A stretch of 64,000 nucleotides of DNA from Eledone cirrhosa (lineage: Eukaryota), in NCBI GenBank assembly GCA_964016885.1, contig OZ024761.1, positions 1,984,001-2,048,000 on the forward strand, given 5' to 3'. The translations under genes and the position numbers were made by a program. Position 1 is the stretch's first letter; the number at the start of each line of letters is the position of its first letter. Positions 52,481 to 64,000 of this stretch are shown here, one piece after another. A model generated the notes under the pieces. The model saw only the letters and a list, made by a program, of their open reading frames with translations. It was not told the DNA's origin and did no database searches.

Positions 52481-55310
52481 TTAACGTCCATATTCCACGC
52501 TTGCATGGGTTTGGACGGGTGTTTTCCCACTTGAGGCAAGAGTGGTTGACTTGCTCGCATAGGACTGTCTGGCGGGTTTTCTACAGCTGGATGCCCTTCC
52601 TAACACCAACCACATTTACAGTGTGGGACTGGGAGGTTTTTACCGTGTTGCCTACACGGCCACATTACAGCGTGGACTGTGTGTTTTTTTTTGTCGTGGC
52701 ACCTACACGACCTCATTTGTTTCGGGCTGGATGTTGTGGTACCAACATAACCTTACATTGAAACGGGTGGTGTGGATAGGGTGGGGGTAGTGGGACGGGG
52801 TGTATTTTGTTAGAGGTGCCTACTGACTGTAGTAGGTTTCACTTTGTACTTAGGTAAGGCGGGTCTTCTCTATTACTGAGTACCGCCAAAGCTCTCGGTC
52901 CAGTGACATTGTCTTGGAGAAGTGTAAGTGTGTGAGGTCGGAATTTATCAAGTCGTCCCAGGTTTTTCTGGGTCTGCCTACTCCGTGGCTGCCGTCTATT
53001 TTTATTGCTCTGCACTTTTTTATACAGCTGTCGTCTTTCATGCGCATCACATGACCATACCAACGTAGTCTTCTCTCGAGTAAACAACATCTGATCCCTC
53101 TTATTTCTAATTTTTCCCTTAGCTCGCTTATGCTTTGTCGTTCACGTATATTACTATTACACATCCAGCGGAGCATGCAAGCTTCGTTCCTCTCCAGTCT
53201 GCGTAGATCCTCTGCACACAATGCCCAGGTCTCACTGCCATGCAACATTGCTGTTCGTATGCAGGCATCATACCGCCTGCCTTTCATTTTTAGGGAGAAC
53301 CCTTTAGCGGCTAATAGTGGTATAAGCTCTCTGAACTTTTTCCATCCAGTTCTGACTCTAGCTACTGTACTTTCAGAGCACCCTCCCCCACTGCTGATTT
53401 TGTCACCCAGGTAACGGAAGCTGTCCACTATTTCTATAGAACTATCTGTGCAATGGAATGAGCTAGTATTCTGTGGGCACTTGCTACTACTTATTGCACC
53501 AGAGCACCGGCCACATATACAATCTATGTTCTTAGTTAGCTTACCTGTGATCCCACTACATCTTTTATGCACCCATACTTTGCATTTGGGACATAAAATG
53601 GAGTTTCTACCTACTCCTTTCCTACACACTGAACATAGCCATTTCCCGGATGGGACCGGCGCCCTATTTTCCTTCCTACAAACTAGAACTTTAGTCTTAG
53701 ACAGGTCAATTTTAAGGCCTTTTGATTTAGGCCATGCTTCCATGTTTGGAATTTCTTCTCTAGTTCGGCCATTGATTCAGCTATGAGCGTTAGATCATCT
53801 GCATATAGGAGTTCCCACGGGCAGCCGGTCTTGAACTCCACTGTTATAGCCTGAAGGGCGATAATAAATAGTAGGGGGCTAAGAACGGAGCCCTGATGAA
53901 CACCAACTTTTACGCTAAACTCTTCACTATATTCGTTGTTAATTCTAACCTTGCTGACTGTTTCTTTATACATGGCTTGTATAGCTCTCATAAGCCATTC
54001 ATCAACACCTAGTTTTCTAAGAGCCCACCAGATAATGGAACGGGGGACTCTGTCGAAGGCTTTCTCCAAGTCGACAAAAGCTAAGTATAGGGTTTTACTT
54101 TTAGCTAGGTACTTCTCCTGTAGTTGTCGTACAATGAAAAGAACGTCTGTGGTACCTTTGCCTGACACAAACCCGAACTGCATTTCATCTAGATCAATTC
54201 TCTCTCTGATTAGTTACGCTATTACTTTTTCTGTGAACTTCATGACCTGGTCGATTAATTTAATGCCTCTATAGTTACTCCTATCTAGGGCATCTCCTTT
54301 ACCCTTGTAGCAGTTAATGATGATGCTGCTACGCCAGTCCTTCGGAACAACCCCATTCTGTATGACTTGGTTTACTATCTGGGTGACCATGGTGTGTCCC
54401 ACCGTTCCAGAAGCTTTCAGCATTTCAGCAACTATTTCCGAAGGCCCAGCCGCCTTACCCGTCTTCATATCTTTGATTGCCTTACTTATTATACTACCTT
54501 CGACTAACACTGCTGGTCCCTCTATTGGGTCGATGTGGGGAAGACTGTCTTTCTCCCATTTATTCTCCTCATTTAGTAGCCTTTCGTAGTGACACTTCCA
54601 AGCTACCTTCTTATCAGCGTCAGTGATGGCAAGTACCCCATCATCATTAAGTACACATTTCTCCCCGACAATATCACGGTTTTCCTTGACACATTGCCTA
54701 GCAATCCTGAACACCTCGCGTTTTTGGTCCTCGCGTTGTAGAACATGCTTGAACATTCTTTCCTCTGCTTCCCTTCTTGCGAAGTACACTTATCTCCTAG
54801 CTTCCCTCCTGGCCACTTGATAGTCTTCTCTACTTCCCCCATCCCGCCATACTTTCCAAGCCTGCTTTTTGGCCTTAATTGACTCCTCCACCTTACTGTT
54901 CCACCACCATGTTACTCTCCTCCTGCCTATAGGCCTGCTCCAGCCACAGAGTTCGTCTGCCGCCGTCAGCAGGTTTGCTTTCAGGAATTCCCACTGTTCC
55001 TCTATATTGTACGACTCTAAATGCTCTTCCTTACTGTCGAAAGCATCAAGTAATATGCTTTTAAATTTATTTCTGGCTGTGGGGTCCTTTAGCTTCCATA
55101 TTTTTCTCCTGAGGATAGTCCTCTTCTGCTGTCGAGTACGTCTCGTCCTGACTATGAGGTCGCTAATTATCAGTCTATGTTGGGAGGTGCATTCTTCATG
55201 GGGGAGGGATTTAGTGTTTACAACAGACACTCTGTCACGTCTTCTGGTAAGAATATAATCTACCTGGCTGGTATGTTCCCCTGATCTGTAGGTGATCAAG
55301 TGATTGTCTC
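52481..55310 (-). mobile_element. RTE-clade LINE, 5'-truncated, with few disabling mutations
   Basis: SQVDYIL, NYRGIKL, QFGF, FVDLEKAFDRVP, GVHQGSVLSP, LYADD, FRYLG, WYGHVMR. (GAT)n tail. Confidence 0.95.
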
Positions 55311-55347
55311 GTTTTTTTAAGTTAGTGTTACAGATTGTATATATATA

Positions 55348-55388
<41 letters not shown>

Positions 55389-55732
55389 CTGGCGGTGTTT
55401 ACTGCTAGTTCTCACAACCGGGGCGGCAGAACGAAAACTCGTTGAAGTAAATTCCACTGTTCTATCTTCCCAAACCAGTAACTTGCAGGCCCCCGCAAAT
55501 GGATTTTGTTGATAGCGGAGATATTGTATAATATCAACACAATGGTCCAGATCTGTCATAATTTTCCTGAATCGGTTTTTTCGTTGTTCTGGTCCTAGCT
55601 TATCGGTCGCTGATTCAATTTGCATAGCTGTCTAAACGTAATGTTATAACTCTAAGGTAAAATTCCTTATTGAGTGCTTTAGCTGCACATCCCGACTGCA
55701 ACCAGAGCTTCGATTATGCTGTACTTCCTTTT

Positions 55733-55773
<41 letters not shown>

Positions 55774-55897
55774 AAAATTAAGATAAATCAATGTGAATTT
55801 AATCTAAATCAAAATTATGGGTGTCATGCCAGAAACGCATGTGCCATATCACCCGTAAAATAAGCTCCAAGATTCTAATGAATAGGTCCGAGCATTT

Positions 55898-56247
55898 TAT
55901 AACAACTAGAAATTGATTAACATATAAATAAATATATGAAACAATCACAGGGGATAATTTTTACAAGTGTGTAAGCACACATAGCTAGGTAGGTAACTAA
56001 TCGAAAATTGTTGAAAATCCAAGTGTCGGCCTCCATGGTTTACCATTCGATTAATTGGTGAAATATATTTCTTTAATGGAATATATACAGGGAAGATTAA
56101 TCCTATTATAAGGTATCTATTTATGAAGTTCTAGTTAACTTTATTTAGTTACCTACCTAGCTATGTGTGCTTACACACTTGTAAAAATTATCCCCTGTGA
56201 TTGTTTCATATGTTTATTTATATGTTAATCAATTTCTAGTTGTTATA
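55898..56247. repeat. Inverted repeat (about 103-bp arms, 144-bp spacer) in a (TA)n-flanked island
   Basis: 55898-56000 is the near-exact reverse complement of 56145-56247. Confidence 0.9.
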
Positions 56248-57297
56248 TATATATCTCCAGGTGGTGCTATTAAGTTAGACATGACCTGGGCCAATACTGA
56301 CCAAAACCTATCAAAGTTATATATATATATATATGCACACACAAAAAAACAACTAAGTCAAACACCATCTAAATTCGAGATAATTTATTTACAAGATATC
56401 ATTATTGTTATTATATTCATTATTATTATTGTTATTATTATAATTATTAACACAGCAAGCAATGGCTTGGATAAGGTTTAAATGAAACAGATAGACAATG
56501 ATACAGATAGAGAGAGAGCGAGAAAGGAAGAGAGACTGGGGGGAGAATGGCATTTAATTTATCCATCACTGCTATCTAGGAAAGTGAACATGTAGTAGTA
56601 TTTATAGTAGTAGTGGTTGTGGTGGTGGTGGTGGTAGTAGTGGTGGTACTGGTGGTAGTAGTAGTAGTAGTGGTGGTCGTGGTGTTAGTAGTAGTAGTAG
56701 TAAAAATTAATGAGCTGGTTTTTTTTTAAGATTTGGAGATAAATATCAGGATAAGGTTACCTTACCCCTGGGTATAAAGGGCCAGGGAATATTGGATGGA
56801 CAGATAGAACCTTTGGTAACAGGAGAGTGGTGGAGGGAGGTGATATGGAAACTGACTCTCTCTCTCTTATTTCCATGGCAAAGGTCTGGTCTCTAGCTAG
56901 AAGGACAGACTGACAGACAAGAGTACATTAGTAGCTGATAGAATAATCAACACCACCACCACCACCTCAAACATGACCACCAGCATCATTTTTATCATCA
57001 AGTATCACCAGAAAGTTGATGGGGTTTATATGTTGGTGTTGTCTGGCAGTGGGAGGAGGGGGGTTGTTCTTAAAAGGGGTCAATGAAATGTTCAAGTCTC
57101 CCTAGATAACCTTTGACATTTCTAGATCAGTTTTCAGGGTTAAGGAAGGATTAAAATAAAATTTCAGTTGACAAAAAAATATTTGTAGTTATTGAAAGAA
57201 ATTATTTCAAATTGTGTATGTGTGTGTGTGTGGCAGCTGAAGTGGGTGTGTCTCTGGTTGGCAGCTGAAGTCTGTGTGTGTGTATGAATATATATAG

Positions 57298-57488
57298 TAT
57301 AAAGAAAGTGCTCAAGCGGAGAAATGCTATAAAGATAGCTTATAAAATAGCGTGAAGACCCTTAAAAGATATAGGGTTCTTTTCCTTATAGCGGCTGATG
57401 GGAACTTCTTTTTCCATCTTTTAAGGGTCTTTATCCTATTTTATAAGCTATCCCTATAACATTTCTGTGCTTGAGCACTTTCTTTATA
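57298..57488. repeat. Imperfect hairpin (about 80-bp arms) between TA runs
   Basis: TATAAAGAAAGTGCTCAAGC... paired with ...GCTTGAGCACTTTCTTTATA. Confidence 0.85.
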
Positions 57489-57579
57489 TATATATATATA
57501 ACAAAGAAAGTATGGTAAGGAACCAGATGGACCATGATGCACCAGAGTACTCAATATTAGGGTAGTAGAGTGGGTAATA

Positions 57580-57690
57580 GGAAAAGAGGCAGGACCCCGA
57601 CAGCTGAGCTCTGGCCGTTTCGACAGCTAGATCCGAATTCTAGCTGTCGAAACAGCCAGAGCTCAGCTGTCGGGGTCCTGCCTCTTTTCC
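57580..57690. repeat. Near-perfect GC-rich hairpin (about 52-bp arms)
   Basis: GGAAAAGAGGCAGGACCCCGACAGCTGAGCTCTGG...CCAGAGCTCAGCTGTCGGGGTCCTGCCTCTTTTCC. Confidence 0.92.
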
Positions 57691-57784
57691 CATATATACA
57701 TATATATATGCACAAATATCAATTTGTGCTGCCATGATGGAATTATAAGCCATTGAAAAGAATTACCCACCCTAGATAGATAAA

Positions 57785-57836
<52 letters not shown>

Positions 57837-57874
57837 ATATTAATAAATGGAAACTATATTTATAAAACCATAAT

Positions 57875-57940
57875 TATTTTATTATATATATTTCAAGGGC
57901 AACCAAGGCAAATTATGGTGCACTTTCATCAGATAAAATA
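57875..57940 (-). ncRNA. Minimal type I hammerhead ribozyme (inverted twin of 58072-58137)
   Basis: Exact reverse complement of 58072-58137. Confidence 0.75.
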
Positions 57941-58071
57941 CAGATTTGTTTTATAAATAAATATTGACATACCCAGAAAAAAGACCACCATAACGGTTGA
58001 AGTTTCCTGGAACTTCAACCGTTAACGTCTTTTTTCCGGGTATGTCAATATTTATTTATAAAACAAATCTG

Positions 58072-58137
58072 TATTTTATCTGATGAAAGTGCACCATAAT
58101 TTGCCTTGGTTGCCCTTGAAATATATATAATAAAATA
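58072..58137 (+). ncRNA. Minimal type I hammerhead ribozyme
   Basis: TATTTTAT-CTGATGA-AAGtGCACCA loop TGGtTGCcCTT-GAAA-TATATATA-ATAAAATA. Confidence 0.75.
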
Positions 58138-58295
58138 ATTATGGTTTTATAAATATAGTTTCCATTTATTAATATATTGAATATTTACTCCACTAATCGG
58201 TTGAGTGCTTTATATCAGTTATAACATTTTTAAGCTTGTTGAATCCCAACAAATTAAATATAACCTCTGCATATATATATATATATATATATATG

Positions 58296-58373
58296 AATTG
58301 CCTTGTCCGATGAACGAATGAGGACATTTTTCGTATTCGTCTTATTCGGGAAACCTCTGGTAATGAGGTAATT
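58296..58373 (+). ncRNA. Slightly degenerate type I hammerhead ribozyme (different family)
   Basis: Stem I AATTGCCTTGT/ATGAGGTAATT, core CCGATGA (1 mismatch), stem II CGAATGAGGAC/GTCTTATTCG, GAAA-CCTCTGG-TA. Sits in a ~100-bp island between (TA)n runs. Confidence 0.62.
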
Positions 58374-58394
58374 ATATTGTATTGTTTATTATAC

Positions 58395-58440
<46 letters not shown>

Positions 58441-59259
58441 CCCAGTAAAAGGAAAAAAATGTTAAACACCTTTAATTGATTTTCGGATCTAATTGGATCT
58501 TCACCAGAAGATGTGTATATATATGATCCAATCAAGAACAAGACTACACAGTCTGTATTCAGCTGCCAGCCATAACCAGATGTCACACTGTGCCACACTA
58601 CACTACATGGTAAAGTGCTTTAACATATTACAATATCATAAAATGTACCAGACACCTCTGTCTCTGTTTTAATGAACCCACTTTGCTTAAGTTCACCCCA
58701 GCAGTGATGTGTTCCTACCCAGCAAGGTCAACTTCACATTGCATCCTTTTGAGGTCAACAAAATAAAGTACAGTCATTTACTGGTGGTACCCATTACAGC
58801 ACTGGAAGAAATGTTTGGTAGAATTATTTGTTCTGGTTGTTTATGCTCTGAGTTCAAATCCAGTTGTCACCTACTTGGATGGTAGACAACCCACCACCAC
58901 CTGCTCCCTGGGTGTCTTTAGCAGGGTTTATTCTGTTGCAAATATTTAGGTCAGGTTTCTAGTTTGAGGCTACATCTCTCTCCCTTGATCCCTGCCCCAC
59001 AGGTTTCTGTGGCCCTGAAAAAGTATCATGGGCATAGCTCTTTCCTCATCACCACCACAACGACAACAAAAATAACAACAATAATTTTCCAGAAGGCAGC
59101 TAAACCAATAAAGGAAAACCCACCCCCGTCACAGTGTTACTGAACTTGCTAGAAATAGCAGTGAAATTTCCCTTATGTTAGAGGGCCCTCAACAGGGATT
59201 ATGGGCATTGCTCTTTTCTTTGTGATTAAAACAGTAAAACCAAAAAGCAAAATAATAAT

Positions 59260-60140
59260 AATTGTTTCTACTTTTGGCACAAGGCCAGCAATTATCCCAG
59301 TGTGTTACTGGCACTTTATTTTATCGACCCCATAAGGATGAAAGGCAAAGTTAACCTCGGCGAGATTTGAACTCAGACCATAAAGAGCTGTAACTCTTTG
59401 CTGCAAAGCATGGTGTCAGACTCTCTACCGATACTGCCAAAAGTTTTAAACAACTGCCAGCAGCTGTAGATTTGCCAAGGTTTTGAACTCAACAACAACA
59501 ACAGTACAGACACTGCTGGGTCATTATTAATCATCAAATGAGTTTTAAAAAAACAAACAAGAGAATTACAGAAGCTTTAGTTTTGTTTGGGTTTGAAAGG
59601 AAAAATTAAAAATATTATATTTTTTTTTTAAATTAAAAATAATAATAATGGTAATGGTTTCTAATTTAGACACAAGGCCAGCAAATTTGGCCGGATGGGA
59701 GGGGTTAGCTTTATTAAACTCACCCCAGTATTTGACTGATACTTTATTTTATCAAACCCCAGAAGAATGAAAAACAGATTTGACCTTGGTGGGATTTGAA
59801 CTCAGAACAAAGAGGACAAAATCTAAATACAGCAAGGTATTTTGTCAACAACAACAACAATAGCAATTTGAAGGGGAAAGTCAATTAAATCAACCCCACT
59901 GGAACTTTATTTTCTCAACCCCATAAGGATGAAAGGTAAAGCTAACCTCGACTTAATAATTATTAGTTATAAAGATGGTGATGATGTTTTCTAATACAAG
60001 TAGAAAGCCCCAAATACTGTGAATATTGTGTGAAGGAACACTGGCCAAAGTCAACCCTAGTATATAACTGGTAGTTTATTTTATTGATCCCCACGATAAT
60101 GTAAAGCAAAGCTGACCTCGTCAGGATTTGAGCTTAGAAC
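59260..60140 (-). mobile_element. Cluster of SINE copies of different ages
   Basis: Reverse-complement SINE cores at about 59260-59440, 59655-59830, 59870-59950 and 60050-60140. Confidence 0.7.
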
Positions 60141-60193
60141 ATTCAAATAACATTGTTAAATATCACAAGATATTCTATCCAACACTTTAATAC

Positions 60194-60480
60194 GTAGCTC
60201 GGAGATCAGGGAGTCACCCCAGTTGAGCCACTACTTCTCCAAACTGAGAGATCACAGCTCCGATACTATGGACATGTAGTTAGAATGTCTCAGGAAAGAA
60301 TCGCTGGACAGATTTTACAGGTAAAACCAACCGGCAGGAAACCCAGGGGTAGACCCTGAGCAAGATGGTTGGATTACATCCATGAGCTTGGCTGGTCTTG
60401 CTTAGGGATCCAGCTGGATCTGTTGGAGATGGTTGCTTCTGACAGGACCTTCTGGAAGGAGTGTTTGAGGACTCTGCCCC
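60194..60480 (+). mobile_element. RTE 3' fragment, monomeric relative of the 123-bp array
   Basis: GTAGCTCGGAGATCAGGGAGTC...TACTATGGACATGTAGTTAGAATGTCTCAGGAAAGAATC matches the array unit and its downstream flank. Confidence 0.85.
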
Positions 60481-61610
60481 CAACCCTCCAAGTGGGTGAG
60501 AAGAAGACTCTAATGATTCTTCCAGTTCTAATGTTATAGTCTATTTCTTCAAACCTACCACTAATTTCTCCTATATATAGGCTGTGTGTACCCAGTTTAC
60601 AAGTGGTACAGCTTATTCCTGTATGTTGTAAGAAGCAATTAAAATAGGTTGGTGTCAAAAAGAGTGTCCATTTGTAAAACATTGCCTCAAAAAGCCTTGT
60701 CCGACCCATGCGTAATAACAATGATGGTGATGATGCCCAAACTCTGGCATCTAACTCCCAAATTTTCAAGTCCCTCTTGTGGATAACTATGGAGCTTTTT
60801 GAAATGAAAGAATAGTCACTGGATCCAAGAAAGACTACGGAAGTTGAGCACAAAGTCTGGAGAGAGAGTTTCTTTTATTTACTATTATATATCATGGGAT
60901 CAATAGACCTGGGGATATGTTGTGTCATTGAGCAAGATTCTTTATCTCATGTTGCTCCAGTCCACACCCTGACAAATGATTACCAGTTGTAGCAGGTGGA
61001 GTTTCCCTTACGATCGACTAGTGTCTTCTCTCATTTGCTTATACTTCATCCTGACCAAAGCAGAGAAAAATGAATATTAAAACCAATGAGGGGGAAACAT
61101 CACAGTCACTACCAACACACCGTCACTGACTAAATGACTAAACTTTAGGTGATCTTTATCACAGTTGCTACTAAACACACCAACATACAAAAAAATAAAA
61201 AATAAAACTGTTTAAATGACCACACGAATATTTGAGCACATTATTTAAATGACCAAAGGGCCTTTTATCACAGTTGCAACCCACACACACCTTAAATGAT
61301 CACAACAACACACTAAAACATGGTTTAAAGGACCAGATCTGAGGGACATTTCTTAAAACTCCTAATGAAAGGAACCAAAACCTCAAACATGAACCATAGA
61401 AATTTGTTTCCCCCCCCCTCACTTCTCCCTAGAATTCTTCTTTGTCGACAGATATGTACAATCATCATCATCATCATCATCGAGATGTAATTCATCTCAT
61501 GTTGGCATTGAGGCAATCATCCCTCACCCAGCTTTCCAAACATCTCTTCCCCTAGTATTGGATTATATGGAACCATATAAATATCCCCACACCCACAGAG
61601 GCCTCTCTTC

Positions 61611-61690
61611 ACCCCTAGCGACATCCCCTCAACCCTAGCAACATCCCCTCACCCCTAGCGACATCCCTTCACTCCTAGCGACACCCCACA
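61611..61690. repeat. 20-bp tandem repeat, 4 copies
   Basis: Unit ACCCCTAGCGACATCCCCTC. Confidence 0.85.
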
Positions 61691-61839
61691 CTCCACTCAT
61701 CTCCATTACAACTGAGCAAATAAACAGTGAAAGCTGACTTCCATTAATTTTTAATTAATGCTAATCGATGTTAATTAACAGACATCACAAGTGTCCGATA
61801 AGGGACAAATAAAAATATCACAGCAAGAATGAAAGTCGT

Positions 61840-62627
61840 AGGTTTTAACATATTTGATCAGAGGTGTGCTGGATCTGGACTGACCTAGGGTTTAACATAT
61901 TTGATCAGAGGTGTGCTGGATCTGGACTGACCTAGGGTTTAACATATTTGATCAGAGGTGTGCTGGATCTGGACTGACCTAGGGTTTAACATATTTGGTC
62001 AGAGGTGTGCTGGATCTGGACTGACCTAGGGTTTAACATATTTGGTCAGAGGTGTGCTGGATCTGGACTGACCTAGGGTTTAACATATTTGATCAGAGGT
62101 GTGCTGGATCTGGACTGACCTAGGGTTTAACATATTTGATCAGAGGTGTGCTGGATCTGGACTGACCTACGGTTTAACATATTTGGTCAGAGGTGTGCTG
62201 GATCTGGACTGACCTAGGGTTTAACATATTTGATCAGAGGTGTGCTGGATCTGGACTGACCTAGGGTTTAACATATTTGATCAAAGGTGGGCTGGATCTG
62301 GACTGACCTAGGGTTTAACATATTTGATTAGAGGTGTGCTGGATCAGGACTGACCTAGGGTTTAACATATTTGATTAGAGGTGTGCTGGATCTGGACTGA
62401 CCTAGGGTTTAACATATTTGATTAGAGGTGTGCTGGATCAGGACTGACCTAGGGTTTAACATATTTGATCAGAGGTGTGCTGGATCTGGACTGACCTAGG
62501 GTTTAACATATTTGATCAGAGGTGTGCTGGATCTGGACTGACCTAGGGTTTAACATATTTGATCAGAGGTGTGCTGGATCTGGACTGACCTAGGGTTTAA
62601 CATATTTGATCAGAGGTGTGCTGGATC
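61840..62627. repeat. 47-bp minisatellite, about 17 copies
   Basis: Unit AGGGTTTAACATATTTGATCAGAGGTGTGCTGGATCTGGACTGACCT. Confidence 0.97.
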
Positions 62628-62900
62628 CAGCAGAGAAGAAATGGAAAGTGGTAAAAGCTGGACAAGCAATAAGCTGGGAGAGTATGGTCAAGTAAGGAGG
62701 CTCAGTGACCTTCCATGTGGAGGATTGAGGGAGTATGGTCAAGTAAGGAGGTTCAGTAACCTTCCATGTGGAGGATTGAGGGAGTATGGCCAAGTAAGGA
62801 GGTTCAGTGACCTTCCATGTGGAGGATTGAGGGAGAGGAGGAGAAGAAGTGGTAGACAAAGATGGGCGGACATCAAAGAATGGACAGAAAACTATTTAAC
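62628..62900 (+). mobile_element. Degenerate RTE RT C-terminus with a 51-bp triplication
   Basis: KLGEYGQVRR (compare KL.WYGHV.R) occurs three times, then RRRSGRQRWADIKEWT (compare GRQ..RW.D.IKEWT). Confidence 0.6.
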
Positions 62901-63829
62901 AGGGATCCCAGATCTGGCACTCACCTGTGAAAACTGATCCATAAGATGTCCCCTGCTCCACATAAAAAAGGCGAGTGGGTAGGAGAACAAACCCAGATGG
63001 TACAATAAAATATCCTGGTTCAATACTCAGCCTGGCTACACTGAATTACTATCTGGAGACTTATTGGAGAAAGAATGTTGACTTAAACATTATTTCATAT
63101 CAACATATCCAAGACGAAGGGCATCTGCTTGTAAAATATTTCCTCAAAATGGTTAGGGTTAGGGCCCACAAGGCTGATCCCTGCTTTAGCAAAGAAAACA
63201 GCCACAGAAATCTTGAAAGAAGTTATGTAAACTGGTTCCTATGAGAGTTAAGTGCCCCTCCCTACTGATCACCGACCCCACATAATACACAGACTCTTAA
63301 CCATTCTGTTAATCTATCGACTCAATACACTTCATCAGCAGTTACCACCCTGTAGTCAGCAGATCCCTGGGGTTGGGGGCCCACCCACAAAGGTAATACT
63401 GGAAGGGTCCAAGACCTTGTGGAGTAAGATAGATCTTTCAAACGCCTAGGGTCTGAGGAAATCTTTCATTTAAATGAACAGGGGTCCATGGCAGCAAAAA
63501 GACTTGGGAGCCAGTGGTACATGTATGAGGCCATTGGTTAGATCTAATTTAATAATCATGATTATTAAATTAGATCCAACCATTTATAGACCCCCCCCCC
63601 ACACACACACACACATTGAAACACATGCACATACATACAGACATACACAGACACACAGACATAAACACACATTACCTAAATATAACTCCAACGGCAATGC
63701 TCCAGCATGGCCACAGACTACAGGCTGGGACAAGTAAAAAAAATATAAAAGCAGAAAGTACAACATAAAAAAACCAGTGGGTGAATTGAGTGTTGACCAA
63801 AGTAGAAACCAGATGAATCCAAAGTAGAC

Positions 63830-64000
63830 CGGCTTGAACTGGTCTAAACTGGACAGAACTGAACTGGTCTAAACTGGTCAGAACTGAACTGGTCCAATCT
63901 GGTCAGAACTGAACTGGTGTAATCTGGTCAGAAATAAACTGGTCTAATCTGGTCAGAACTGAACTGGTTTAAACTGAACTGGTCTAATCTGGTCAGAACT
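63830..64000. repeat. 25-bp tandem repeat running off the window end
   Basis: Unit CTGGTCAGAACTGAACTGGTCTAAT. Confidence 0.9.

Larger units (their letters stand above)
57833..58270. mobile_element. ORF-less palindromic Penelope-pLTR derivative with a hammerhead on each strand
   Basis: About 170-bp arms meet at about 58006. Homologous to the pLTRs at 29126-29390 and 31431-31695. Flanked by (TA)n. Confidence 0.8.

Noticed and set aside
55317-55730. ORF MQIESATDKLGPEQ... as a gene
   Set aside because: It is short, bounded by (TA)n and has no recognisable motif. It may be a TE fragment, but this cannot be supported.

Overview
Repeat-dense, AT-rich animal genomic DNA, most likely an octopus or other coleoid cephalopod. 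That assignment is an inference from the SINE/RTE/Penelope repertoire and the microsatellite load. Two tandem + strand paralogous genes for chymotrypsin-type (S1A) serine proteases are hidden in the repeats. Gene A is partial (last four exons, 2312-12707). Gene B is complete (six exons, 36028-50589, 257 aa with signal peptide and an intact His/Asp/Ser triad). Everything else is decayed transposons (Dong/R4, RTE, CR1, Tx1/L1, Gypsy, Penelope, Merlin, a pogo-type MITE, SINEs), minisatellites (28, 56, 123, 36, 47, 51, 31, 29, 25 and 20 bp) and microsatellites. Three non-routine signals stand out: (1) several distinct minimal hammerhead ribozymes carried on ORF-less, (TA)n-embedded inverted-repeat or hairpin elements related to Penelope pLTRs; (2) minisatellites built from reverse-transcriptase coding sequence, including a 20 x 123 bp array with an 844-codon ORF; (3) nested inverted repeats across intron 1 of gene B. 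Exon coordinates were counted by hand; transposon and repeat boundaries are approximate.
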